Source: an uncultured Candidatus Saccharibacteria bacterium | GTDB lineage: Bacteria > Patescibacteriota > Saccharimonadia > Saccharimonadales > Saccharimonadaceae | Direction of reading: 5' to 3' | Assembly (NCBI GenBank): GCA_963547505.1 | Contig: CAUUQV010000001.1 | Span: 4,310-68,309 of the forward strand | Length of the DNA stretch: 64,000 nucleotides | Shown: one piece after another, positions 47,986 to 57,676 of the stretch | Numbering within the stretch: the first letter of the stretch is position 1 | Layout: each line of letters begins with the position of its first letter | Position numbers and translations under genes: made by a program | Notes under the pieces: generated by a model | Seen by the model: only the letters and a program-made list of their open reading frames with translations | Database searches by the model: none | Told to the model about the DNA's origin: nothing

Positions 47986-49005
47986 ATGTCTCACCTTTTA
48001 CGCCTGCAGAACTTCCGTTGTCATCAAGACTATCAAGTTGAGCTACCGAGTGAATTAACGATCATTACCGGACCGAACGGTAGTGGCAAAACTTCGCTCA
48101 TCGAGGCAATGTATCTGGCTTATCAAGGGAAGAGCTGGCGGTCGAATTTCGATCAGATTCTTCGTCAGGCTAACCATCAATCCTCCGACTGGTGGCGAGT
48201 TGATTTAACCGATCAAACTAAAGAGACTACCAGAACGATCAAATATCAGTCGGGTCAGAAATCCTTTACGGTTAATGATCGGACATACTGCAGGTTGCCG
48301 CTAGCGATGAAAGTACCGGTGATACTATTTGAGCCGGGTGATATGCAGCTACTCTACGGCTCTCCTACCAGGCGTCGTCAATTCATTGATCGTTTCATTG
48401 CTCAGCTTGAGCCTACCCACCAGCGAGAGCTGAATAAGTTTAACCGAGTGCTAAAGCAACGAAATATTCTACTGAAACAAGATGACTATTCTGCCGAGGA
48501 GCTGATGATCTGGGACATTCAATTCAGTGATCTTAGTAGCACTATCTCTCAGCGACGTCGTCAATATTTACAAGTCATCAGTGAGATGTTGTCAGCGGAA
48601 TACCGGCAAATCGCCGGGTCGAATCAGATGGTTCAGCTAAGATTTAGTCCGGGAGCGCCAATGACTAGTCAGGCAATTATGCACCGACTGACCGGTTCTC
48701 GTGATCGCTTGACCACTATTGGTGCTCAGAAAGACGACTACAAGTTTATTTTTGGTGGTAGTGAGGCGAAATCAGTAGCGAGTCGAGGCGAGAATCGGAC
48801 GATTATTTTTGCTCTGCTTAGTATCATTGCTAAGCTGGCTCGTCAACAGTATGGTGATCGGGTGGTGGTCCTACTTGATGACATTGATAGTGAGCTCGAC
48901 TATAGCCACCGGATCAATCTCTATGATCTACCTAGTTTTCAGAGTCATACTATCGCTACGACTCTCGACTATCGGGGTGATCACCACTCTATCCGGCTAG
49001 GTTAG
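47986..49005 (+). CDS. recF: DNA replication/repair protein RecF
   Basis: LQNFR, GPNGSGKT, GSPTRRRQFID, ASRGE, LLDDIDSELD. Confidence 0.9.
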   Translation: MSHLLRLQNFRCHQDYQVELPSELTIITGPNGSGKTSLIEAMYLAYQGKSWRSNFDQILRQANHQSSDWWRVDLTDQTKETTRTIKYQSGQKSFTVNDRTYCRLPLAMKVPVILFEPGDMQLLYGSPTRRRQFIDRFIAQLEPTHQRELNKFNRVLKQRNILLKQDDYSAEELMIWDIQFSDLSSTISQRRRQYLQVISEMLSAEYRQIAGSNQMVQLRFSPGAPMTSQAIMHRLTGSRDRLTTIGAQKDDYKFIFGGSEAKSVASRGENRTIIFALLSIIAKLARQQYGDRVVVLLDDIDSELDYSHRINLYDLPSFQSHTIATTLDYRGDHHSIRLG

Positions 49006-50187
49006 TTGATTAAGGGCAGAGATGATATCTTGTTTCGATGCTTTGTAGGCAGGGTAAACGCCGGCGATCAGACCGGTCACTGTCGGTACGACCAGTCCGA
49101 GTATGATGGCTAGCGGGCTGAAGCTGATCATCATCAAGTGAGTGAGCAGGTAGATAGAGGCGACTGTATACGCTAGCAGCAGTCCGACCAGTCCGCCTCT
49201 CAGAGAGATGATTAGAGCTTCGGCTAAGAATTGACTGACGATATCTTTGGTATCAGCACCGACGGCTTTACGGATGCCGATTTCTCGTTGACGTTCGATT
49301 ACCCCGACCAGCATGATATTAGCTAAGCTAATGCTACTGATCAGGAGGATCAGACCGGTAATACCGAGTGACGACATAACCAGTATTCGGACTAGATCAT
49401 TCATCTTAGCTGAGATATCTTCACCGCTGGTAATTGAATAGTCGCTACTGTCGGCATGTTGGTGAGTTAAGATTTGGCTCAGCTTGGTCTTAGTCTGATC
49501 TATTTTGCTAATTTTAGTGACGATGATCTGACTGACGTTATCACTCCGAATCAGGCGTTGACCGTTGTCCAGGGAAATGTAAGCGGAATAGTCGGTATTG
49601 TAGCCTCGGATAGATAGGGCCTGGTTGGTTCGGCGGATTACCCCGATGACCGTGAAGCGTTGTCCTTTGATAGTAATGACCTGGCTGCGAGCTTGATTAG
49701 TACCGAGCAGCTGATTTGCCAAGCCTTCGCCCAGGATAACCAGGTTCTTATCTTTCTCGTCTTCAAACCAACTACCGTTGAGCATGTGGAGTTCTAAGTT
49801 AGCCGGGTTAGTCACCGAAGTAGCAATGATTTGGCTGGTGACTTTCGTCTTGCCGAATTGAATACCGCCCGAAGTAATCAGCGTACTATGAATGGCGGAG
49901 CTCTTAGGTATGATCTTGCTGATTTGCTTGATATCGGTATTACGCAAGGTGTCTCTAGGGGTACTAAAAGGCAGATTGATTAGTCCGCTGTCCCTAGCTC
50001 CGCTGATGATAATTGATCTCTTGTCTATCCGCTCCAGCTGATGGTAAAAGCTAAGCTTGACGCTATCGCTAATGATGATGACTAGCGAAATGATGAAGAC
50101 ACTGATGATGATGCCGATCATTGATAGCCTCACTCGTAAGCGGTGATGACGCAGGCTATCTTTTGCTAGGTGAAGAGCTAGGTTCAT
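48997..50187 (-). CDS. MacB/FtsX-like ABC permease
   Basis: NIMLVGVIERQREIGIRKAVGA, QFLAEA, GVYPAYKAS. Confidence 0.9.
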   Translation of the reverse strand: MNLALHLAKDSLRHHRLRVRLSMIGIIISVFIISLVIIISDSVKLSFYHQLERIDKRSIIISGARDSGLINLPFSTPRDTLRNTDIKQISKIIPKSSAIHSTLITSGGIQFGKTKVTSQIIATSVTNPANLELHMLNGSWFEDEKDKNLVILGEGLANQLLGTNQARSQVITIKGQRFTVIGVIRRTNQALSIRGYNTDYSAYISLDNGQRLIRSDNVSQIIVTKISKIDQTKTKLSQILTHQHADSSDYSITSGEDISAKMNDLVRILVMSSLGITGLILLISSISLANIMLVGVIERQREIGIRKAVGADTKDIVSQFLAEALIISLRGGLVGLLLAYTVASIYLLTHLMMISFSPLAIILGLVVPTVTGLIAGVYPAYKASKQDIISALNQLT

Positions 50188-51056
50188 TTGTGTCGCCTCA
50201 CTCTGGTTAGACGTTTCTGTCGCTTCAGTGAATTAGTTGCTTTTTTCTGCCGGTTGGAGATAGTCCGTTTGGTTACCTTAAAGGCCTTGGTCTCGGTCAG
50301 CTCTTCATCTCGCTCGATCTGGCCATCTCTCATATAGATTACCCTGGAAGCAAACTTCAGCAGTTCGGGATTATGGGTCACCATCAGGATGGTGTTACCC
50401 TTCTTGTGGAGTTCAGTCAGTAAGTCCATGATGACCCGGCTATTATTACTATCCAGATTGCCGGTCGGTTCGTCGGCTAAGATAATTGAGGGGCGACTGA
50501 TCAAGGCTCTGGCGATGGCTACCCGTTGCATCTGACCGCCGGAAAGTTGGTTGGGCTTGAAATATTCCCGATTCTTCAGCCCGATAGCATCCAGCAGCTG
50601 GCTGGCCTTCTCCAGGTTCTTATAGTTCCAGCCGTGCCGGTAAGTCAGCGGTAAGACGACGTTATCCAGTACGGTCATATTAGTCACTAGATTAAAGTTC
50701 TGAAAGATAAAACCGATCTCCCGATTGCGAATCCTGGCTTTACGACTGCTGCTAAACTTACCGACATCTCTACCGTTAAATAAATAGCGACCGATGGTGG
50801 GCTGATCAAGTAGCCCCAGGATATTCAGTAGAGTTGTCTTGCCGCAGCCGCTTGGACCCATGATGGCGACGAACTCGCCTCGCTGGATCTCCAGATTGAT
50901 ACTGACGATGGCGTCAGTGGCTGAGTCGTCGAAGCCGAATGTCTTGGTAGCTCGTCGTAATGAGATAACCGGCGTCTGGCTATCACCGGTCGAGACACGA
51001 GCAAAAAACACCCGCTCGGGGTGGTTGTCATTACTTACTTCATGTCTCATTACCAC
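50184..51056 (-). CDS. MacB/LolD-like ABC ATPase
   Basis: GPSGCGKT, LSGGQMQRVAIARAL, ADEPTGNLD. Confidence 0.93.
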   Translation of the reverse strand: MVMRHEVSNDNHPERVFFARVSTGDSQTPVISLRRATKTFGFDDSATDAIVSINLEIQRGEFVAIMGPSGCGKTTLLNILGLLDQPTIGRYLFNGRDVGKFSSSRKARIRNREIGFIFQNFNLVTNMTVLDNVVLPLTYRHGWNYKNLEKASQLLDAIGLKNREYFKPNQLSGGQMQRVAIARALISRPSIILADEPTGNLDSNNSRVIMDLLTELHKKGNTILMVTHNPELLKFASRVIYMRDGQIERDEELTETKAFKVTKRTISNRQKKATNSLKRQKRLTRVRRHK

Positions 51057-51150
51057 TATCTAATATAATACATGTCAAATCGCTTGATAGCAAATACTGA
51101 CCCCTTAAAAATGCTTATGTTTGATATATTGCTGTGCTATAATAATGCTC

Positions 51151-52329
51151 ATGGCAGAACATAAAGTTCCGCAGGACGTTGAGGCCGAGGATAAGCTGAT
51201 CGGTCCATTTAGCTTTCGTCAATTTATGTTCCTATTAGTCGCTCTGGGGGCCGGTTTCGTCGCTTTTTTCTTGGGTAGAATCTCGATTCCGTTAGCTCTG
51301 ATACCGGCTCCGTTTAGTCTCTTTTTCCTGGTGATCGCTCTTCCCCTGCGTAAAGATCAGCCGACTGAAGTCTATGTGGCGGCATTAGTCCGCTATGCTT
51401 TTGCCCCCCGGTTAAAGGTCTGGCAGGCAGATGGCGAGAAGTCAACTGTCGAGATTAGTGCGCCGATCGTTGATACCAGCCCGAAGACTAAGGATCTAGC
51501 CGGCGAAGAAGTATCGCAGCGACTGTCCTTCCTGGCTAAACTATCTGATACGCAGGGTTGGTCAACCAGGGGTATGGGTATGCCGGTTAATAATACTAAC
51601 CTTAATGACGATATCGCCTCCAGTGTCAGTAATACCCCCGATATACTGGAGGAAGGTAATATGTCAGAGTCACTAGAGCGGAAGCTAGATCAATCAGAGA
51701 TTGAGGCTCGTAATCGGGCGATCAATCGGATGAAACAAGTGGCGACCAATCAAGTGCTGGCTAAGCAGGCCGCTACTAAACTGCAACAGACTGCTACCAT
51801 GCCGGTCATGCCGGCTCCCCCCGTTCGGCCGGCCACTCAGCAGCCGATTCCTCAGTTAATCAATCACCCTATCCGCCAGACTACCCCGCCTACTCAGCCG
51901 GTCGCTAGTGCTGCCTATCAGCTACCCACTAATCCGGTTATGACGACATCGGCTCCTCATCCCAGCCAAGCTCAGTACCAAATACCGCAGCAACCCATGG
52001 CGCCAATTCAGCAGCCGGTACCGATGGCGCCTCAGCAACCTCAGCCGATCTCGTCTCCGGTGCAGCCACAGCCTCCACTATCTCAGCCGGCGCCACCACC
52101 GGTAGACCCGGTCGCAACCGGTCCGCAGTTCCACCCGATCGTTCCTCGGGTGCGTCAAGTTCAGCCGAATAATCCGGCGCCGGAAGCAGCTGCAGTATCT
52201 AGCCCAATCCCGGCTAAGCCTGCTATAATGGATCAAAGGATATCACCATCGTCTCCATCGCCGGCAGCTAAGCCTAATCCGCCTGCCGAGAAACCGAAGC
52301 CGGGGACGATCGATATCAGATTGCACTAG
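51151..52329 (+). CDS. PrgI family membrane protein with Pro/Gln-rich tail
   Basis: HKVPQDVEAEDKLIGPFSFRQF, two TM helices; start ATG 51151 after TGCTATAAT. Confidence 0.8.
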   Translation: MAEHKVPQDVEAEDKLIGPFSFRQFMFLLVALGAGFVAFFLGRISIPLALIPAPFSLFFLVIALPLRKDQPTEVYVAALVRYAFAPRLKVWQADGEKSTVEISAPIVDTSPKTKDLAGEEVSQRLSFLAKLSDTQGWSTRGMGMPVNNTNLNDDIASSVSNTPDILEEGNMSESLERKLDQSEIEARNRAINRMKQVATNQVLAKQAATKLQQTATMPVMPAPPVRPATQQPIPQLINHPIRQTTPPTQPVASAAYQLPTNPVMTTSAPHPSQAQYQIPQQPMAPIQQPVPMAPQQPQPISSPVQPQPPLSQPAPPPVDPVATGPQFHPIVPRVRQVQPNNPAPEAAAVSSPIPAKPAIMDQRISPSSPSPAAKPNPPAEKPKPGTIDIRLH

Positions 52330-52340
52330 AGTGGGAGTAT

Positions 52341-53174
52341 ATGCAGCCAAATACGAATCAACCGATGCCAAATCAGCCTCAGCCAAATGCTAGAGGTGGG
52401 GTTAGCATACCCCAGACGGTTAAGCCGAAGCATCCTAATTCTACCCAGAACGCCTTGAGGTTTAGTGAACTGAGGGATGACATGGTGATCATGAGCGATG
52501 GGTCTTTTCGGGCGGTAGTGGCAGCTCATTCCATCAACTTTGACCTGGTTAGCGCTAAGGAGCGTGAGAGTATTGAGTATGCCTACCAAGACTTCATTAA
52601 TGCTCTTAACTTCCCGATTCAGATCTATATTCGTTCGGAGCGAGTTGATATCGGTCCGTATCTAAATAAACTCTCCCAGGTGCGTCAGCGTCAAGACAAT
52701 ATGCTCCTCGGCGTCCTAATGGATGATTACATCCGGTTTATTAACGCTATTTCCAAGGAAGCGAATATCATGGATAAGAGTTTCTTTGTGATCATCCCCT
52801 ATGACACTAGTGAGGGTAAGCAGCGGATCGGTGACTCATCCAGTAATAAAGGGCTCATCGCTAAGATGTTCAGCAGCAATGATACCCATATCTATGTCAA
52901 GATTCCGGCTGATCAATATGCCAAGGCGAAGAGTGAGCTTAACAACCGAGTGACGGCAGTGATCGGTGGGTTACGCCAGACCGGTGTTAAGTCGGTTCGA
53001 CTGAATACTAAGGAACTGGGTGAGCTTTATTATAATGTCTACAACCCCGACACTGCTCTGCGTCAACCGATCGGTGATTTTCGACAATATCTGGGCGACG
53101 TAGTTCAGAAAGGTCAGGGTGAAGCTAAACTTAATCTAGTAGGTACGATGTACGATGAGCAAAGACCGGAATAA
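52341..53174 (+). CDS. T4SS-associated protein (TraC/VirB4 N-terminal-like)
   Basis: STQNAL..ELRDDMVI, SINFDL, FINALNFPIQI; lies between PrgI and VirB4. Confidence 0.65.
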   Translation: MQPNTNQPMPNQPQPNARGGVSIPQTVKPKHPNSTQNALRFSELRDDMVIMSDGSFRAVVAAHSINFDLVSAKERESIEYAYQDFINALNFPIQIYIRSERVDIGPYLNKLSQVRQRQDNMLLGVLMDDYIRFINAISKEANIMDKSFFVIIPYDTSEGKQRIGDSSSNKGLIAKMFSSNDTHIYVKIPADQYAKAKSELNNRVTAVIGGLRQTGVKSVRLNTKELGELYYNVYNPDTALRQPIGDFRQYLGDVVQKGQGEAKLNLVGTMYDEQRPE

Positions 53175-54999
53175 GAAGAAAGCCCAGCAGCAACAGGCCA
53201 GCCTGTTAGCTCAGCAGCAAGCTCGAGAAGCCTCCGAAGTAGAGAGTGTCCTACAAAAAGGTATTACTACTCTACGTGACTTAGTAGCTCCGGCTAGTCT
53301 GGAGTTCAAGTCTAATTACTTTAACCTAGGTACTCGCTTCTGCCGGACTCTCTATGTCTACGGATATCCCCGGTCTATTTATACCGGCTGGCTGTCATCA
53401 ATCATTAACCTTGACGAAGTCCTGGATATCTCGATGTTTATCTATCCGGTTGACTCCCGGGTAGTCATGGAGAATCTACAGCGCAAAGTGACTCAGCTTG
53501 AGGCGTCGATGCAGATCAATGCCGAGAAAGGTATGGTGCGTGACCCGGCCATGCAGGCATCATACCAAGATGCGGAAGAGCTGCGAGACAAGCTTCAGGT
53601 AGGGTCAGAAAAGTTCTTCCGTTTCGGCTTGTACTTGACGCTGTCATGTAAGAGTGAAAGTGAGCTTGCCTTTGTCACTCATAAGATTGAGACTTTACTG
53701 GGCCAGCAGATGGTACTAACCAAGGTGGCTAGCGCTCAGCAGGAGCAAGGTCTTAACTCGACCGTGCCGCAGTTTACTGATGATTTGCAGATCCGTCACA
53801 ACATGGATACCGGTGCTCTATCGACTACCTTCCCCTTCACTTCAGCCGATTTGACTCAGGATAACGGCATCTTTTACGGGGTTAATCTTCATAACAACGG
53901 TCTGATCATCTTTGATCGGTTCAGCTTAGAGAATTACAACATGGTCGTCTTCGCTAAATCCGGCTCAGGTAAGTCATTTACCGTTAAGCTGGAAGCACTC
54001 CGGTCGATGATGATGGGGGTGGATATCATCATTATCGACCCGGAGAACGAGTATCAGAAGCTCTGTGAGGCGGTTGGCGGCTCGTATATCCGCTTGTCAC
54101 TCAGCAGTGAGACCAGGGTCAACCCCTTTGACTTGCCTCGAGTGATCGATCAAGATGACGTTAATGCCGGTGATGAAGTCGATGCTCTCCGGGCTAACCT
54201 AATCACTCTACACGGCTTACTGCGTCAGATGCTGGGCTCAAGCCAGGTAGCTTCAGATGGTACGGTAGTTAATATCTTAACTCCCAGGGAGGAGGCTGAT
54301 CTTGACCAGGCTCTGATCGATACCTATGCTCGAGCCGGTATCACTTCCGACCCGCTGACCCAGAACTCTACCCCGCCTATCATGTCTGACTTGATGGATA
54401 CTCTACTCCATATGGGTGGTACCGGTCCGGAGCTGGCTCAACGCCTGCGTCAATATACGACAGGGACATTTGCCGGTATCTTTTCACAGCAGAGTAACGT
54501 GGCGATCAATAACCACATGGTAGTCTTTAATATCCGTGACCTTGAGGATGAGCTCAGGCCGGTGGCGATGTATATCGTGCTGAACCATATCTGGGGTAAA
54601 GTACGTTCAGACCAGCGCAAACGCTTCCTGATCGTTGATGAGGCATGGCAATTGATGAAATATCCCGACAGTGCTAACTTTATGTTCTCACTGGCTAAGC
54701 GGGCTCGTAAGTACAACCTCGGCTTGACTACAGTGACTCAGGATGTTGGTGACTTCATCACTTCACCGATGGGTCAGGCGATCGTCGCTAACTCATCGAT
54801 CCAGATTTTACTGAAGCAATCACCGACAGCCATTGATGTCTTAGGGCGAGTCTTTAAGCTAACGGAAGAGGAGCTAAAGCGGCTATCGAACTTCTCGGTC
54901 GGGCAGGGTCTCTTCTTTGCCGGGCAGAACCATGTGATGATTCAGATCTTACCTTCAGAGACAGAAACCCGTCTAATCTCGACCACTCCCAATCAATAA
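53155..54999 (+). CDS. VirB4/TraC-like type IV secretion ATPase
   Basis: FAKSGSGKS, IIDPENEY, IVDEAW, KRARKY, TQDV. Confidence 0.88.
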   Translation: MSKDRNKKKAQQQQASLLAQQQAREASEVESVLQKGITTLRDLVAPASLEFKSNYFNLGTRFCRTLYVYGYPRSIYTGWLSSIINLDEVLDISMFIYPVDSRVVMENLQRKVTQLEASMQINAEKGMVRDPAMQASYQDAEELRDKLQVGSEKFFRFGLYLTLSCKSESELAFVTHKIETLLGQQMVLTKVASAQQEQGLNSTVPQFTDDLQIRHNMDTGALSTTFPFTSADLTQDNGIFYGVNLHNNGLIIFDRFSLENYNMVVFAKSGSGKSFTVKLEALRSMMMGVDIIIIDPENEYQKLCEAVGGSYIRLSLSSETRVNPFDLPRVIDQDDVNAGDEVDALRANLITLHGLLRQMLGSSQVASDGTVVNILTPREEADLDQALIDTYARAGITSDPLTQNSTPPIMSDLMDTLLHMGGTGPELAQRLRQYTTGTFAGIFSQQSNVAINNHMVVFNIRDLEDELRPVAMYIVLNHIWGKVRSDQRKRFLIVDEAWQLMKYPDSANFMFSLAKRARKYNLGLTTVTQDVGDFITSPMGQAIVANSSIQILLKQSPTAIDVLGRVFKLTEEELKRLSNFSVGQGLFFAGQNHVMIQILPSETETRLISTTPNQ

Positions 55000-55002
55000 G
55001 CT

Positions 55003-55932
55003 ATGGATGGTATCAAACGTATCGTCGTCGTCTTTTCCCATCACTCGACTAAGGCGAAACGATATCAGCAGGTGCGTGATCGACTGGTTGCTACCGGTCA
55101 AGAGCTTGGCTGGGGGCTGCGGGAGGTCTGTCTGGACAATATCCCCTATCACCGAGTGATCGAGCGGTTATCTCCGGAGCTGCTGGATGGTGATCTGGTC
55201 ATTGCGGCGGGAGGCGACGGCATCGCTCAGGTGACTTTTCAGGCGGTTTATCAGGCTAACCGGGCAATTGTCTACGGTACTATCCCCCTAGGTAACGGTA
55301 ATGATATCTCTCGAGCCTTTAACGGTCGTCACCGTTCGGCTCGGGCAATCCTTAATCAGTCGGTGGTTGATTGTCATCCGCTGAATATCGTAGTAGACGG
55401 TAAGCTTACCTTCTCACTAGCCTCTTATGTCACTTTCGGGGCGACGACCGTCCTAGTCGATTGTCTTAACCAGACCCCGATCAGACGAGCTCGTCGGACA
55501 CTTCGACGTTTATCGCCGGCTGCTTCCCTGCCGCTTAATCAGTTAGGAAAAATCTCCCGTCAGATTGACCGGCTAGAGTTTCCCGATTTTTACCGAGACG
55601 GGCGACTAATGCGGGACGATTCGATCGGCTTTTTCACCATTTCGGCCGCCCATAATGTTTTACGCCTACCTAAAGATATCAGGCTAGCTCGTTCGGAGTT
55701 CTTTTTTCATCACGCCATGACTAAAGGGAAGAACCTGGGGCAAAAGATCTTGATGGCCGGTCTTTGGACGGCTAAATTGCCGGGTGTCCTAACCGATCTG
55801 GAAGAGCTGAAGTTCACTGATAACCAAGTAGATATTATTGCTAATATCTCCGGTGACAACATCCACCTTGGTCCGGTCAAGGAGATGGTGGCGATTCGAT
55901 CGTCTCGTCCGGTACGAGTCTTATTTAACTAG
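55003..55932 (+). CDS. Diacylglycerol-kinase-family lipid kinase
   Basis: AAGGDG and IPLGNGND motifs. Confidence 0.75.
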   Translation: MDGIKRIVVVFSHHSTKAKRYQQVRDRLVATGQELGWGLREVCLDNIPYHRVIERLSPELLDGDLVIAAGGDGIAQVTFQAVYQANRAIVYGTIPLGNGNDISRAFNGRHRSARAILNQSVVDCHPLNIVVDGKLTFSLASYVTFGATTVLVDCLNQTPIRRARRTLRRLSPAASLPLNQLGKISRQIDRLEFPDFYRDGRLMRDDSIGFFTISAAHNVLRLPKDIRLARSEFFFHHAMTKGKNLGQKILMAGLWTAKLPGVLTDLEELKFTDNQVDIIANISGDNIHLGPVKEMVAIRSSRPVRVLFN

Positions 55933-56973
55933 CTCCTGCTTAAACTTCTCTACCAGTGCGACCGGAGTCGGGTCAACACCATTAAGGAAAGCCAGGTAGA
56001 TACTAGCCATATCACCCAGGATGGCACCATTGATCACCTGCTCGATGTAACTCTGACCTACTAGGACAAGGTTGTGTGCCTGGGGGCGGAAACCGGATAA
56101 GAGGCGGTCAGTTAGGTCAAGCCGCCGGTTGATTCTGGGGTTATCGAGATTACTTCTCAGATTGATCACACAGAAGGGCTTATCGATCGGGTGAGAAGTC
56201 CAACCGATGAACTCATTATGATTAAACTCGGGAAACTCATTGCACCAGATGATATTCTTAGCGTTTTCGTTAAAGCTGGTCTTCCACTTATAGGCTAAAG
56301 GGCTAAAGAGGTGGCTAGTATAGACCAAAGGGGTTTTACCGGCACAGTCAAGAGCTAGCTTCTTAGCCGGGTTGTGCTCAGTAGACACCTCGGGGGTTAA
56401 TGACTGAGCGAACTGTCGGACACCCTCAGCTGAGCTCGCTAGTTGAGTAACTGGCTGATGGTCTATTACCTGATAAGCCTCTAAGATGCCGGTGATGGCT
56501 AGTAAGTGCATCGGTACGCCATAGCGAGGCTGACTGATCTTGTCCAGCCGGATATATGGTAGATACTGCGCTATAGCTAGCTCCAGTAGCTTACCGCCGC
56601 TAGTGATAACGGTCGTCATCGCTCCTTTATTCTGGGCGTCGGTCAATGAACTGATCGTCTCTTCGGTATTACCGCTGACACTGACGCAGATAACTAAGGA
56701 GTGACTATCGGTGTAAGCGGGTAGCTGATAGTCTCGACTCACCTCTAGTGGCACACTGAGCTGGTAATCATGATCCAGCCAGGTCTGACAGGTTAACCCA
56801 GCTAAGCACGAGCCACCCATACCGCTGATAATGATGTTTCTAACCTCGCCGTGTTCTCCTACCTCGTGATGCAACTCAGGCTGAAAACTGAGCTGATCGG
56901 CCGAATTACTGATGACAGTCAGGGCTTGCTCCGGGTCGGCTTGCTTGATCTGATCGATATTGTCTAGGTTCAT
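55921..56973 (-). CDS. Bifunctional phosphoglucose/phosphomannose isomerase (SIS)
   Basis: GMGGS, SVSGNTEET, NENAK, PEFNHNE, GVDPTPV. Confidence 0.9.
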   Translation of the reverse strand: MNLDNIDQIKQADPEQALTVISNSADQLSFQPELHHEVGEHGEVRNIIISGMGGSCLAGLTCQTWLDHDYQLSVPLEVSRDYQLPAYTDSHSLVICVSVSGNTEETISSLTDAQNKGAMTTVITSGGKLLELAIAQYLPYIRLDKISQPRYGVPMHLLAITGILEAYQVIDHQPVTQLASSAEGVRQFAQSLTPEVSTEHNPAKKLALDCAGKTPLVYTSHLFSPLAYKWKTSFNENAKNIIWCNEFPEFNHNEFIGWTSHPIDKPFCVINLRSNLDNPRINRRLDLTDRLLSGFRPQAHNLVLVGQSYIEQVINGAILGDMASIYLAFLNGVDPTPVALVEKFKQELVK

Positions 56974-57047
56974 ATATCTCTTTCCTTGTTTGTTATGACT
57001 CTTATGCTATAATTATACTACTTTTATAACTAAAAACAGGTGGGAGT

Positions 57048-57584
57048 ATGCAGAATCAATCGGGTGTTAATGATGAAGAGCTAAACAAGATGATCGCCAG
57101 CTTGCGACAGGAGCAACAGACTAATGCGCCAGCCGGTCAGGTGGTGAACCAGCCACCAGCTCAACCGGCTAAGCCAGCTCCGGCTGCTCCGGCTAAACCG
57201 ACCGGTAAATCTGGATCGGCTCAACCCGCTGACCCTATCTTGACTGATGTCTTAGCTCAGCCCGCTAAGCCGGCTAAGGCGAAGTCTGAGCCTGTTGCTC
57301 CACCGAATGTTAATCCACTAGGTCGTAATGTTGATAGTGGAGCACTTGGCGATATTCGCTTGCAAGTTATCTCAGAGTTGCGACCACTAGTAAATAGACT
57401 TGATTTCTTAGCGCCGGCTGATAAGTTTGATACTCTTCTGCTGCTGATCCGGACGATTGATGATAGTTCGCTCATCCCGATGGCGCATCAGGCTGCTATG
57501 GCGATCCCTGATGAAGTGAAGAGAGCTCAGGCACTCCTGGACATCTTAAAAGAGATCGATTTCTTCACTCAGAAGAAAGGTTAG
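57048..57584 (+). CDS. Hypothetical protein with Pro/Ala-rich N-terminus and helical C-terminus
   Basis: 178-aa ORF, GGGAG RBS, upstream TGCTATAAT. Confidence 0.7.
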   Translation: MQNQSGVNDEELNKMIASLRQEQQTNAPAGQVVNQPPAQPAKPAPAAPAKPTGKSGSAQPADPILTDVLAQPAKPAKAKSEPVAPPNVNPLGRNVDSGALGDIRLQVISELRPLVNRLDFLAPADKFDTLLLLIRTIDDSSLIPMAHQAAMAIPDEVKRAQALLDILKEIDFFTQKKG

Positions 57585-57620
57585 TTCTACCCACTGAGAC
57601 TTAGCTTGACTAGCTTATTA

Positions 57621-57649
57621 ATATAGCCCGAGTGTGACTCGGGCTATAT
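57621..57649. terminator. Hairpin between convergent genes
   Basis: ATATAGCCCGAGT-GTG-ACTCGGGCTATAT. Confidence 0.75.
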
Positions 57650-57676
57650 AGTTTAGAGAGTGCGCTAGCTAGTTAA

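Noticed and set aside
51780..52310. CAG/CCG-rich repetitive DNA
   Set aside because: It encodes a low-complexity Pro/Gln tail; no exact tandem unit
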